Origin: Myxococcota bacterium
Lineage (GTDB): Bacteria > Myxococcota_A > UBA796 > UBA2385
Reading direction: 5' to 3'
Length of the DNA: 64,000 nucleotides
NCBI GenBank assembly: GCA_044344255.1
Contig: JBIJDH010000001.1
Span: 543,604-607,603, forward strand
The translations under genes and the position numbers were made by a program. Positions within the stretch are counted from its first letter, which is position 1; every line of letters starts with the position of its first letter. The notes beneath the pieces are model-generated. The model was not told where the DNA came from. It did not search any database and saw only the letters and a program-made list of their open reading frames with translations. This document shows, one piece after another, positions 39,370 to 48,142 of this stretch.

Positions 39370-40671
39370 TCAGCGCGGCCCATCCCCCTCCGGGCCGCCG
39401 TAGATGCCGATGTCATTGGGCGTGTCGTCGTCGTCGTTGTTCGAAGGGTCGGGGTCGCCAGCGTCGATGAGGGGGCTCCCCGGCGCGAGGTGCAGGTCGG
39501 CCGGCGCGTCGACGAACTGGGGATCGGCGGTGATCGTCGCCATGTCGGCGGAGAGGCAGGCGGCCCCGGTGCCCTGGACGGCGTTCCAACCGGAGGTGTA
39601 GGTCGAGCCGTCGGTGCGGATGCCGCAGGTGCCGCCGAGGGCCGCCGTGTCATAGACAAAGGACTCGAGGTGCCCGTACTGGATCTCGAGGCCGACGCTC
39701 CCACCATAGAAGACCGCGTTGTCCGCCCGCACCATCTGATAGAGCGAATAGGCACCCACCGAGCCGCCCACCACAGCGCTGTTGAAGAACCACATCCGCT
39801 CATTCGGCGTGTCGGGCTTGTCTTCGCCATAGACGGCGTATCCATCCGCCTCGACCCGCGAGCGACGGAGGTGCAGCTCGCCCCGGTTGACCACCACGCC
39901 GCTCCCGCCCTCACAGCGGATGTCGCTGTCGAGCACGATCATCGAGACATGCTGATAGATGGCGTAAGACGCGCCGTCACAGGAGAGGTCGACCCGCTGG
40001 AGGAGCATGCTGCCGTTGTCGGCGAGGATCACCGCCCCGCCGGACTCCACCTCGTTCTGGTCAAAGCGGACATCGACGAGCTCGAGCGAGGAGCCGGTCA
40101 CGTAGGCCACCGAGGCCGAGCGCCCATTCTCGGTGAAGCGGACATCATCGAGGCGGAGGACCGCCGCGTCCACATAGAGGCCGCCGCCGGTCAGGTTCGA
40201 ACGCCCACCGGAGATCGTGACCCCGGCGAGGCGGGTGCCGACGCCCTCTCCGCGCACCGCGGTGACCACCGGCCCCGAGCCCGTGCCCTCGATCACCGTC
40301 ACCGCCGAGCCGCCCATCCCATAGACGTCGACCGCCTTCCCCCGAAAATTGATGTTCTCCACGTAGGTGCAGGCCCGGAGCCCGATCCGCATCCCCGAGC
40401 GGGAATTGTCAATCGCCGCTTGGATGGTGCTGAAGTCGGCCCCGCCAGCGCAGTCCACCATGATGTCCGGGAACTCGGGGGCCTCGCCGAGATCGGTGCG
40501 CGGCTCGTCGCTGTCTACGGGCGGGGGCGTGTCGCTGTCGTCGGGGGGGGAGTCGCTGTCGTCGGGCAGGGGCGTGGAGTCAACCGGCTCGCTGGTCTCG
40601 CCCGGCGCCTCCGCCTTGTTCGAGCCGAGGCCCCCGGAGCGACAGGCGACGAGGAGAAGGAACAGGCTCAC
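39370..40671 (-). CDS. Lipoprotein with right-handed beta-helix (pectin lyase-like) repeats
   Basis: Lipobox LVAC; DFSTIQAAID, TYVENI, DPQFVD...SPLIDAG...DIGIYGG. Confidence 0.75.
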   Translation of the reverse strand: MSLFLLLVACRSGGLGSNKAEAPGETSEPVDSTPLPDDSDSPPDDSDTPPPVDSDEPRTDLGEAPEFPDIMVDCAGGADFSTIQAAIDNSRSGMRIGLRACTYVENINFRGKAVDVYGMGGSAVTVIEGTGSGPVVTAVRGEGVGTRLAGVTISGGRSNLTGGGLYVDAAVLRLDDVRFTENGRSASVAYVTGSSLELVDVRFDQNEVESGGAVILADNGSMLLQRVDLSCDGASYAIYQHVSMIVLDSDIRCEGGSGVVVNRGELHLRRSRVEADGYAVYGEDKPDTPNERMWFFNSAVVGGSVGAYSLYQMVRADNAVFYGGSVGLEIQYGHLESFVYDTAALGGTCGIRTDGSTYTSGWNAVQGTGAACLSADMATITADPQFVDAPADLHLAPGSPLIDAGDPDPSNNDDDDTPNDIGIYGGPEGDGPR

Positions 40672-41849
40672 CAGCCACCTCCGAGGGAGAAGGGGCCACC
40701 ATACGCGCCCATGTCATTCCGCGTCCCGTCGGGGTCGGCGTCGTCGGTGCGGACGCTGCCCGTCTCCCGGCAGGGGCTCTCCGGGGTGAGCGTGTAGTCC
40801 CCGCCCGTCGCGTCGACGAAGAGGGGGTCTGCGTCGATGTTGCCGTTCGAGCCGACGGGGTTCGGCCCGCCACAGAGGTCTTTGGTGTTGTTCCAGAAGT
40901 CATTGTAGGTGAGCGAGGTCTCGGACATCACGTCCCAGACGCCACAGGCGCCGCCGCTGATCACGCTGCTGTCGACCACGAGGTTGGACTCCGTCGCCTT
41001 GACCCCCGCGAGGCTGACCACGTTGCGCAGCGTGAGGTCGGAGTAGAGCACCTCGGCGCCGGCCTTGAGCAAGGAGCCCTCGACCACCGTGCCCTCGCCC
41101 CCAGCGCCCTCGTTCTCGACGTAGAGCAGGCCATCGATGACGGTGCGCTGGATTCGGCCAGGGGTGTGGAAGATCTCCACGGCGCGGAGGCCGGGGCAAT
41201 CGACCGTGGCCCCGTCGAGCTGGGCGGCCCCGTGCTCAGCCATGTAGCCCACCGCCGTGGTGCCGCAGCGCAGGGTGCTGTCCTTGAGCACCGTCATCCC
41301 GCGGCGGTTCTGCACCACCATGCCCTCGGCGGCGGTGTTGCCCTCGATCGTCGTGCGGTTGACCACGAGGTGGCCGGAGTGGGCATAGACGATGATGGGC
41401 GCGCTGTTGCCCGTGATGATGCAGTCCTCGATCGTCAGCGCCGAGAACTGCGCCTCGACGGTGCGCGCCTCGGCGCTGGAGCCGCCGCTGATCGTGAAGC
41501 CGGCGAGCACGGTGCCAACCGACTCCCCATCATCCGCCTCTACCGCGGACTCCCCCGCCGGCGGCGTGAGGAAGGTGACCGCGGCGCCGTCGGTGGACCT
41601 CACGGCCACCGACCGCCCCTTGAAGTGCACGGACTCCGCGTAGGTGCCCGGCATCACCCAGATCTCGTCGCCCGAGTCGGAGTCCTTGATGGCGTCCATG
41701 ATCGAGGTGAAGTCACCGGTTCCGCCGATGTCGACGGTGATTCGCCTCTTGGTGGGCGCGGTGACGGCCGCAGCTCCAACCGGGCGTTCCACGGTGGAAT
41801 GCCCACCACAAGCGAAGAAGAGCGCGAGGAAGGGGCTGAGCGCGACCAT
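40668..41849 (-). CDS. Paralogous beta-helix lipoprotein
   Basis: Lipobox FFAC; DFTSIMDAI, PGTYAE, DPLFVD...DMGAYGG. Confidence 0.75.
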   Translation of the reverse strand: MVALSPFLALFFACGGHSTVERPVGAAAVTAPTKRRITVDIGGTGDFTSIMDAIKDSDSGDEIWVMPGTYAESVHFKGRSVAVRSTDGAAVTFLTPPAGESAVEADDGESVGTVLAGFTISGGSSAEARTVEAQFSALTIEDCIITGNSAPIIVYAHSGHLVVNRTTIEGNTAAEGMVVQNRRGMTVLKDSTLRCGTTAVGYMAEHGAAQLDGATVDCPGLRAVEIFHTPGRIQRTVIDGLLYVENEGAGGEGTVVEGSLLKAGAEVLYSDLTLRNVVSLAGVKATESNLVVDSSVISGGACGVWDVMSETSLTYNDFWNNTKDLCGGPNPVGSNGNIDADPLFVDATGGDYTLTPESPCRETGSVRTDDADPDGTRNDMGAYGGPFSLGGGW

Positions 41850-41952
41850 GTCTCCCTTGTACCACAGCACCCCTCCGCTGGCTGTCCTCCTCCTGCACCA
41901 TCGTTGCGCCAGCCTCGGCCCGAGCGCCTCCCCGCGGGCTAGAATGTCGGCC

Positions 41953-43659
41953 ATGCGTCGCCTCCTCCCGCTCCTCGCCCTCGGCGCCCTCGCGCTGGTG
42001 TCCCCCCTGTTGATCGCCGGTCGAGCCCCGGAGGCGCCGACGATCGCCACGCTGCCGATCCCCGGGCCGCAGGCCTTCGTGGGCGTGGCGCGGGACGTGG
42101 TCGACGTGGCCGCCAGCGTGGATCCGAGCCTCGCCTCCAGCGCCGGGCTCTTCCAGGACAGCGTGCGGGTGCCTTCGTACAGCGAGGCCTCCCTGGAGGC
42201 GCTCACCGCCCGCCTCGATCGCGACCTCAGCGCCCTGCGCTCGATGCCCTGGCGGAGCTGGGCGGTCGACGTGCAGATCGACCTCCGCTGGACCTTCGCC
42301 GTCGCCCTGACCCTCCGCCGCCAGCTCCAGGTCGAGCGCCTCTATGAGCGCCGCCCCGCCCAGTGGCTCGAGCCCATCGCCAACAACCTCGTCGCCCTCC
42401 AGAGTTACGCCCCCGACCAGCCCGCGCTCCAAGACGAGATCTACGCGCGCCTCCCCGCCGTCGTCGCCGAGGCGCGGACGCGGTGCACCAACCCCACCCG
42501 CCGCGACCTCGAGACCGGCGTGAAGCTGGCCACCGCCCTCGCGGGGATGGCAGAAGAGAGGCGGGCCACCCCCGCCGCGGAGGCCCTCCGCGGGTACGCC
42601 CTCCACCTCGGCGGGCTCCAGCCCACGAAGGAGCACGCGGTGATCGGCGCCGAGTCGTACGCTTGGCGCCTCGAGAACAGCCTGCTCCTCCCCTGGACCC
42701 CCGATCAGCTCCTCGTCAAGGCCACGGCCGACCTCGAGGCCATCGACCGCCGGCTCCAGGCCCTCGCGCAGGCCGCGCCGCCGCCGCCCGCCGAGCCCAC
42801 CGCCGAGCAGCGCGCCCTCGCCGCCCGCCTCGACGGCCCGACCCTGCGCGGCGTCTACGACGACATCGAGCTCGCGCTCCGCGCCGCCACCGTGAAGGGC
42901 GGCTGGGTCACCATCCCCGAGGCCGTGGGCCCCATCCACGCCCGCGAGACGCCGGACGCCATCGTCCCCCTCACCGGGGACGGCGGCAGCATGAACCCGC
43001 CCCCCACCTACGCGAGCAGCAACGTCGGCTGGTGGAACGTCGAGCACTTCAACCCCACCCTGACCGAGCCCGAGCGGCTCGAGACGGTCTTCCAGGCCCA
43101 GGGCTTCTTCACCAACGGGATGGGCCCCTACGCCGCCCACGAGGGCTTTCCGGGCCATCACCTGCAGCTCTCCATCGCCCGCCTCCACCCCGATCCGCTC
43201 CGCTCCATCCTCCCCGACGCCCCGCAGAACGAGGGCTGGGCCCTCTACGCCGAGGAGGCCCTCTGGCTGAACGGGGGCTTCGGCTCGAGCCCCCTGTCTG
43301 AGGCCGCGGTTCGGCGCTCCAACCGCAGCCGCATCGCCCGCGTGATCTACGACGTCAACCTCGAGTCCGGCCGCTGGACCTTGCAGCAGGCCGCCGACTT
43401 CAAGGGGCGGACGGCCCCGGGGCAAGGCCGGGTCGACGAAGACATCCTCCGCTCGATCAACTGGCCCACCCAGCTCATCGCCTACTACTCCGGCAAGGCG
43501 CAGATCGTGGCCCTGAGGGAGGCCATGAAGGCGAAGCTCGGCCCGCGCTATGACGACCGGGCCTTCCACGACGCGCTCCTGGCCGAGGGCTCGATCCCCA
43601 TCGCCCTCATCCGCGCGAAGATGCTGGGAGAGCCGATCCCCGACCTGCCGGCCCCCTGA
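41953..43659 (+). CDS. DUF885 family exported protein (putative metallopeptidase)
   Basis: HEGFPGHHLQ, EGWALYAE, AYYSG, FHDALL-G. Confidence 0.88.
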   Translation: MRRLLPLLALGALALVSPLLIAGRAPEAPTIATLPIPGPQAFVGVARDVVDVAASVDPSLASSAGLFQDSVRVPSYSEASLEALTARLDRDLSALRSMPWRSWAVDVQIDLRWTFAVALTLRRQLQVERLYERRPAQWLEPIANNLVALQSYAPDQPALQDEIYARLPAVVAEARTRCTNPTRRDLETGVKLATALAGMAEERRATPAAEALRGYALHLGGLQPTKEHAVIGAESYAWRLENSLLLPWTPDQLLVKATADLEAIDRRLQALAQAAPPPPAEPTAEQRALAARLDGPTLRGVYDDIELALRAATVKGGWVTIPEAVGPIHARETPDAIVPLTGDGGSMNPPPTYASSNVGWWNVEHFNPTLTEPERLETVFQAQGFFTNGMGPYAAHEGFPGHHLQLSIARLHPDPLRSILPDAPQNEGWALYAEEALWLNGGFGSSPLSEAAVRRSNRSRIARVIYDVNLESGRWTLQQAADFKGRTAPGQGRVDEDILRSINWPTQLIAYYSGKAQIVALREAMKAKLGPRYDDRAFHDALLAEGSIPIALIRAKMLGEPIPDLPAP

Positions 43660-44851
43660 GGCCCGGCGCCGGCCCCACGCCCGGCGGCGGCATCCGCAGC
43701 CGCCCCTCGAGCAGCGGCGCGAGCAGGCTGTCCCGCAGCGACATCCGGGCACGCAGCGAGAGGACGTTGGCGCGGAGCCGCGCGTAGAGGGGGCCCACCT
43801 CCGCCTCGAAACGACGGGCCTCGGCCTCGCTCGGCACCTCGACGGGCAGTCGACGGAGCGCCGACCAGCTCACCCGCGGCATCCGCGTGCCCTCGGCGGC
43901 GGCCGTGGCCAGGGCGACGAGCGCCACCGAGGAGAGGAGGGCGTGGAGGAGCGCGCCCCGCTCCGGCGCGCTCGGGCGGAGCACGAGGATGTCCTCGGAC
44001 GCCACGCCGTCGACCGGGGCGAGGGCCACCTTGTGCAGCGCCGGCCGCAGGCGACCGAAGAGGGTGTCCCCCGCGCAGAAGCCGGTCTTCTTCGACTCCA
44101 CCTCATCGGCCCGCCCCCAGGCCTCGAGGGTCGAGGCGCGGCGAGGGAGGTGCTCGAGGCCGACATACGGCAGGGCCGCCGGCACCGACTGGGGGGAGAC
44201 CGACGCGTGCACCCGGAGGGCGAGCTCTTCGAGGGTGCCCCGGCGGGAGCCGGGCGAGCGCAGCGCCGAGGCGGGGGCCACCCCTGCGGGCGAGAAGCGC
44301 CCCTCGAAGGCCGCCCGGGCGAGGCCCTCGAGGGTCTGGCACTGCGCGCGGTCGAGGGCGCTCCGGGCGTCGAGGTCCGTGAGAAATGCGCCGATCTCCC
44401 GCTGCTCGGACAGGGGCGGCAGCGCGAACCGAAAGGCCGCCGCGGCTGACCAGCTCGCCCGCGGCATCCGGGTGCCCTCCCCCGACCGCGCGCACGCCTC
44501 CACGAATTCGGGGCTCGCCACGAGGTAGAACAGGAAGGCGGGATCAACCCCCTCCCGCGCCCGCAGCACCCAGGCCTCCGGCGTACAGACCAACGCTTCG
44601 GGCGCGCGGATGACCTTTCGAAAGGCTGGGCGTAACCGCCCAAAGACGATGTCCCCCGGCTCCACGCGCTGCCCCGGCGTGGCCATCGCCTCGGGCTCCC
44701 CCAGGCCGAGGAGGGCGAGCGTGCCCGCGCCGATGTGCTCGAGGCCGAGGGTCGGGAGCGTCAACACCTCGGCGGGTCGGGCCCGCGCCGCCCCCTGCTG
44801 ACAGACCTCCCCCAAGGTCACCGCGCGCCAGCCCACCGGCAGCGCCGCCAC
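43607..44851 (-). CDS. hsdS: Type I R-M specificity subunit
   Basis: LP-GW, PPLSEQ-IG-FL-LD spacer, RDSLL-LL-G; immediately downstream of hsdM. Confidence 0.85.
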   Translation of the reverse strand: MAALPVGWRAVTLGEVCQQGAARARPAEVLTLPTLGLEHIGAGTLALLGLGEPEAMATPGQRVEPGDIVFGRLRPAFRKVIRAPEALVCTPEAWVLRAREGVDPAFLFYLVASPEFVEACARSGEGTRMPRASWSAAAAFRFALPPLSEQREIGAFLTDLDARSALDRAQCQTLEGLARAAFEGRFSPAGVAPASALRSPGSRRGTLEELALRVHASVSPQSVPAALPYVGLEHLPRRASTLEAWGRADEVESKKTGFCAGDTLFGRLRPALHKVALAPVDGVASEDILVLRPSAPERGALLHALLSSVALVALATAAAEGTRMPRVSWSALRRLPVEVPSEAEARRFEAEVGPLYARLRANVLSLRARMSLRDSLLAPLLEGRLRMPPPGVGPAPGLRGPAGRGSALPASSRG

Positions 44852-46339
44852 TCAGAGGCCCCAGGCGGCGAGGGTCTGCTCGATGCGCCGGTCGAGGGCC
44901 TGGGCGGCGGCCTGCTGGGCGCGCAGCTCGGCGGCGAGGGCGCCGGCCCGCTCGAGGAAGGGGGCGCCCTCCGCCTCTGGGGCCTCTGCCCCGACATAGC
45001 GGCCCGGGTTGAGCCCAAAGTCATTCGCCGCCACCTCCGCCCGCGAGGCCGACCGACAGAAGCCGGGGAGGTCAACATAAGCCGGGGCGGCCCCCTCCTC
45101 CACCTCGGCCGGTCGCCGCCGCCAGGCCCGATAGACCTGCGCGACCCGCTCCACGTCGACCGGATCGAGCACCCGGCTCGCGCGCCCCTCCAGCCGGCCG
45201 AGGCCGCGGGCGTCGATGAAGAGCAGCTCGCCCCGCCGATCGCGGTCCAGGGCGGCGGCCTTGTCCCGGTGGAGGATCCAGACACAGGCGGGGATCGGGG
45301 TGTTCGTGAAGAGCAGGTCGGGCAGCGCGACCATGCAGTCGACGAGGTCGGCCTCCACGAGGCTCCGCCGGAGCTCGGCCTCGCCGCCCGTGCGGCCGGT
45401 CATCGAGCCGTTGGCGAGGATCACCGCCGCCTGTCCCCCGGGGCCGAGGTGGTGCGCGATGTGCTGGAGCCAGGCAAAATTGGCGTTTCCAACAGGCGGC
45501 GGCCCGAAGGCCCAGCGAGGGTCTCCGCGTAGCCGCGCCCCACCCCAGTCCGAGACGTTGAAGGGGGGGTTGGCGAGCACGAAGTCGGCCTGCAGGCCCG
45601 GGTGGAGGTCCACCGATAGGGTGTCCTTCGCCGCCGCGCCGAGCGAGGCCGAGATCCCGCGGAGCGCGAGGTTGACCCGGGCCATCCGCCAGGTCGTCTC
45701 GTTCGACTCCTGGCCAAAGACCTGCACGTCCCCCGCCCGCCTGCCGTGGGCCACTTGGAAGCGGACCGACTGAACGAACATGCCGCCGGTTCCGCAGCAG
45801 GGGTCATAGACCACGCCGGACAGAGGCTCGATCAGCGCGACCAGGAGGCGGACGAGCCCGCCCGGGGTGTAATACTCCCCTCCCCTGCCCTCGGCGGTGG
45901 CGAATTTCGAGAGCAGGTACTCGTAGATCCGCCCCGCGGCGTCGGCCTCACCCCCCGGGCCGCCCACGCCCAACGCCAGCGCCCCGTCGAGGCCGCGGAC
46001 GAGGTCGGCCAGCCTGCCCTCGTCGATGCCAGAGGCGACGAACACCGGACGTAAACACCCGTGTAACGTTACGTTACGCGACTCGATCGCCAAGAGCGCC
46101 GCGTCGAGGGCCCCGGCCAGCCCGGGCCCCTCCGCCAACGCCCGCAGCCGGGGCCAGCGCGCCTCCTCGGGCACCTCCAGCGGGCAGCCCGGGGCGGCGC
46201 AGGCCTGGAGGAAGAAGAGCCCCAGCACGAGGTGCTTGTAAGCGCTCGGCTCGAGCTGGCCGCGGAGGGTGTCGGCCGCGCGCCAGAGCCGCTCCTCGAG
46301 GCCGAGGGCGGCGGCAGGCGCGGGGCGCGGGCGGGGCAT
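44852..46339 (-). CDS. hsdM: Type I R-M N6-adenine methyltransferase
   Basis: LW-AAD-LRG, GEYYTP, YDPCCGTGG, GQESN, NPPF. Confidence 0.92.
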   Translation of the reverse strand: MPRPRPAPAAALGLEERLWRAADTLRGQLEPSAYKHLVLGLFFLQACAAPGCPLEVPEEARWPRLRALAEGPGLAGALDAALLAIESRNVTLHGCLRPVFVASGIDEGRLADLVRGLDGALALGVGGPGGEADAAGRIYEYLLSKFATAEGRGGEYYTPGGLVRLLVALIEPLSGVVYDPCCGTGGMFVQSVRFQVAHGRRAGDVQVFGQESNETTWRMARVNLALRGISASLGAAAKDTLSVDLHPGLQADFVLANPPFNVSDWGGARLRGDPRWAFGPPPVGNANFAWLQHIAHHLGPGGQAAVILANGSMTGRTGGEAELRRSLVEADLVDCMVALPDLLFTNTPIPACVWILHRDKAAALDRDRRGELLFIDARGLGRLEGRASRVLDPVDVERVAQVYRAWRRRPAEVEEGAAPAYVDLPGFCRSASRAEVAANDFGLNPGRYVGAEAPEAEGAPFLERAGALAAELRAQQAAAQALDRRIEQTLAAWGL

Positions 46340-46382
46340 CCGGCCTCTCGAAGCGGGGGGCGCTCCGCCTAATCGGTCCCCG

Positions 46383-46793
46383 TCAGCGCGCCCGCATCCG
46401 GTTGTCCTTGGCGTTGTGCTCCACCTCCGCGAGGCCGAGCAGCTCGAGCACCGGCGGGACGTAAGAGGCGAAGCGGCCGCGGAGGCCCTTCTTCACGCCG
46501 TACCAGCCGCCCACGGGGTTCGACTCCGAGCGGCCCCAGGCCTCCACCGTGCCCTCGGCGGCCGGCTTCTGCTCATCGGCGTTGCCGAGCGGCACCCAGT
46601 CGCCCTGGGCGACGAGCATGGCGTGGAGGTCCTCGATGCAGCGCAGGTGGTAGCGGAGCTGCGTGCTCTTGACCTGCACCACGAGCGCGGGCGGGCTCAG
46701 GCTGGGGTCACGCCAGGCCTCGAATTCCGAGGTGCCGGGGGGCGTCTTGAGGATCCAGGGGCGCTCGGGGGTGCCATCACCTTGGGCAGACAT
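46383..46793 (-). CDS. Conserved hypothetical protein (DUF6855-like, recalled and unverified)
   Basis: Globular composition with Trp/Gly motifs (PW-LKTPPG, NPVGGWYG-KKG-RGRF). Confidence 0.6.
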   Translation of the reverse strand: MSAQGDGTPERPWILKTPPGTSEFEAWRDPSLSPPALVVQVKSTQLRYHLRCIEDLHAMLVAQGDWVPLGNADEQKPAAEGTVEAWGRSESNPVGGWYGVKKGLRGRFASYVPPVLELLGLAEVEHNAKDNRMRAR

Positions 46794-46927
46794 GCGGGGC
46801 TCCAGCGGAGAGGGGGCGCTCACGGGCCGCGAGCGTGCTGCTCCTCTACGGTGCGGCGCGGCCCGCCGGTACGGCTCCCCGCGATGGCACAGTGATGCGG
46901 ATTGGATACCAATCGCCGGGAGGCCGC

Positions 46928-47830
46928 ATGCGCCACGACCTGAACGACGTCGCGGTCTTCACTGAGGTGGTGCGCCTCAAGGGCTTCACCGCGGCCGGCC
47001 GCGCGCTCGGCCTCCCCGGCTCGGCGGTGAGCCGGCGGGTGGCGCGCCTCGAGGAGGCCCTCGGCTTCACGCTGCTCCTCCGCACCACCCGCAGCGTCGG
47101 CCTCACCGAGGCCGGCCGCCGCTTCTATGAGCACACCGCCCAGATCGCGGGCCTGCTCGACGAGGCCGTGCGCGCCGCGGCGGGCACCCGCGACACCCCC
47201 TCGGGCCGCCTCCGCGTCACGGCGCCGCCGGACGACGGCGGGGTCATCTGGTCGCTGCTCTCGGGCTTCCTCCGCCTCCACCCCGAGGTCGACCTCGAGC
47301 TCACCCACACCCTCGAGCGGGTCGACCTCGTCGCCGCCGAGATCGACCTCGCCCTGCGCGGGGGCCCCGCGCCCGACTCGATGGAGTTCAGCGCCCAGAA
47401 GATCTACACCTCGCGCATCCTCCTCGCCGCCAGCCCCGCCTACCTCGCGCGCCGCGGCACCCCCGAGCAGGCCGAAGACCTCGCCGCTCACGACGGCATC
47501 TGCATGGACCCCTGGGCCCCGAACGCGATCCGCCGCGTCCAGGGCGACGGGGGCTATGTGCGCGTCAACATGCGGAGCCGGGTGCGCGCCAACAGCCTCG
47601 AGACGGCCCGCCGCGCCGCCGTCGACGGCCTCGGCGTCGCCCCCCTCCTCGAGCTCACCTGCCGGGGAGAGCTTGACCGGGGCGAGCTCGTGGAGGTCCT
47701 CCGCGGCGCCTTGCCCGACACCGCGCCCTTCTGGGCCCTCACCCCCCTCGCCCGCACCCGCTCGGCCGCGACGACGGCCCTGCTGGCCTACCTCGCCGAG
47801 CTGCCGCTCAGGCCGGACCGGGGAGGCTGA
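46928..47830 (+). CDS. LysR family transcriptional regulator
   Basis: N-terminal HTH FTAAGRALG...VSRRVARLE...RTTR-LTEAG. Confidence 0.92.
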   Translation: MRHDLNDVAVFTEVVRLKGFTAAGRALGLPGSAVSRRVARLEEALGFTLLLRTTRSVGLTEAGRRFYEHTAQIAGLLDEAVRAAAGTRDTPSGRLRVTAPPDDGGVIWSLLSGFLRLHPEVDLELTHTLERVDLVAAEIDLALRGGPAPDSMEFSAQKIYTSRILLAASPAYLARRGTPEQAEDLAAHDGICMDPWAPNAIRRVQGDGGYVRVNMRSRVRANSLETARRAAVDGLGVAPLLELTCRGELDRGELVEVLRGALPDTAPFWALTPLARTRSAATTALLAYLAELPLRPDRGG

Positions 47831-48021
47831 TCATCCACTGCACGCCGAAGCGGTCCAGGCACATCCCGAAGTAGGGCCCCCAGGGCGCGTTGGCGAGCGG
47901 CATGTGGACCTGCCCGCCCTCGCCCGAGAGCAGCGCGAAGGCGCGGTCGGCCTCGGCCTTGTCGCCGGCGACGAGCGAGATGGGTGCCGGGGAAGTTGAG
48001 GTAGATGTGGACCTGCTGCAT
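47808..48021 (-). pseudogene. PhnB/VOC family remnant with internal deletion
   Basis: N-terminal MQQVHIYLNFPGT joins out of frame to the C-terminal GGQVHMPL...WG-YFG-C-DRFGVQWM. Confidence 0.7.
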
Positions 48022-48142
48022 GTCTTCACGCTCCGGGGGTGACCGGCGCCCCGGGTCTCGGGAGGCCGCCGGGTGCTTTTCTACGGTGGGTCCGATCGGG
48101 GATGGGCGCCCGCGCTCCCGGCGCGGAGCCGGAGCGGCCCCC

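Noticed and set aside
43607..43659. 53-bp convergent overlap of hsdS and DUF885
   Set aside because: Explained by a short low-complexity C-terminal extension of HsdS.
46051..46080. AT-rich palindromic patch gtaacgttacgttac inside hsdM
   Set aside because: The reading frame is intact, it occurs once, and nothing else supports a function.
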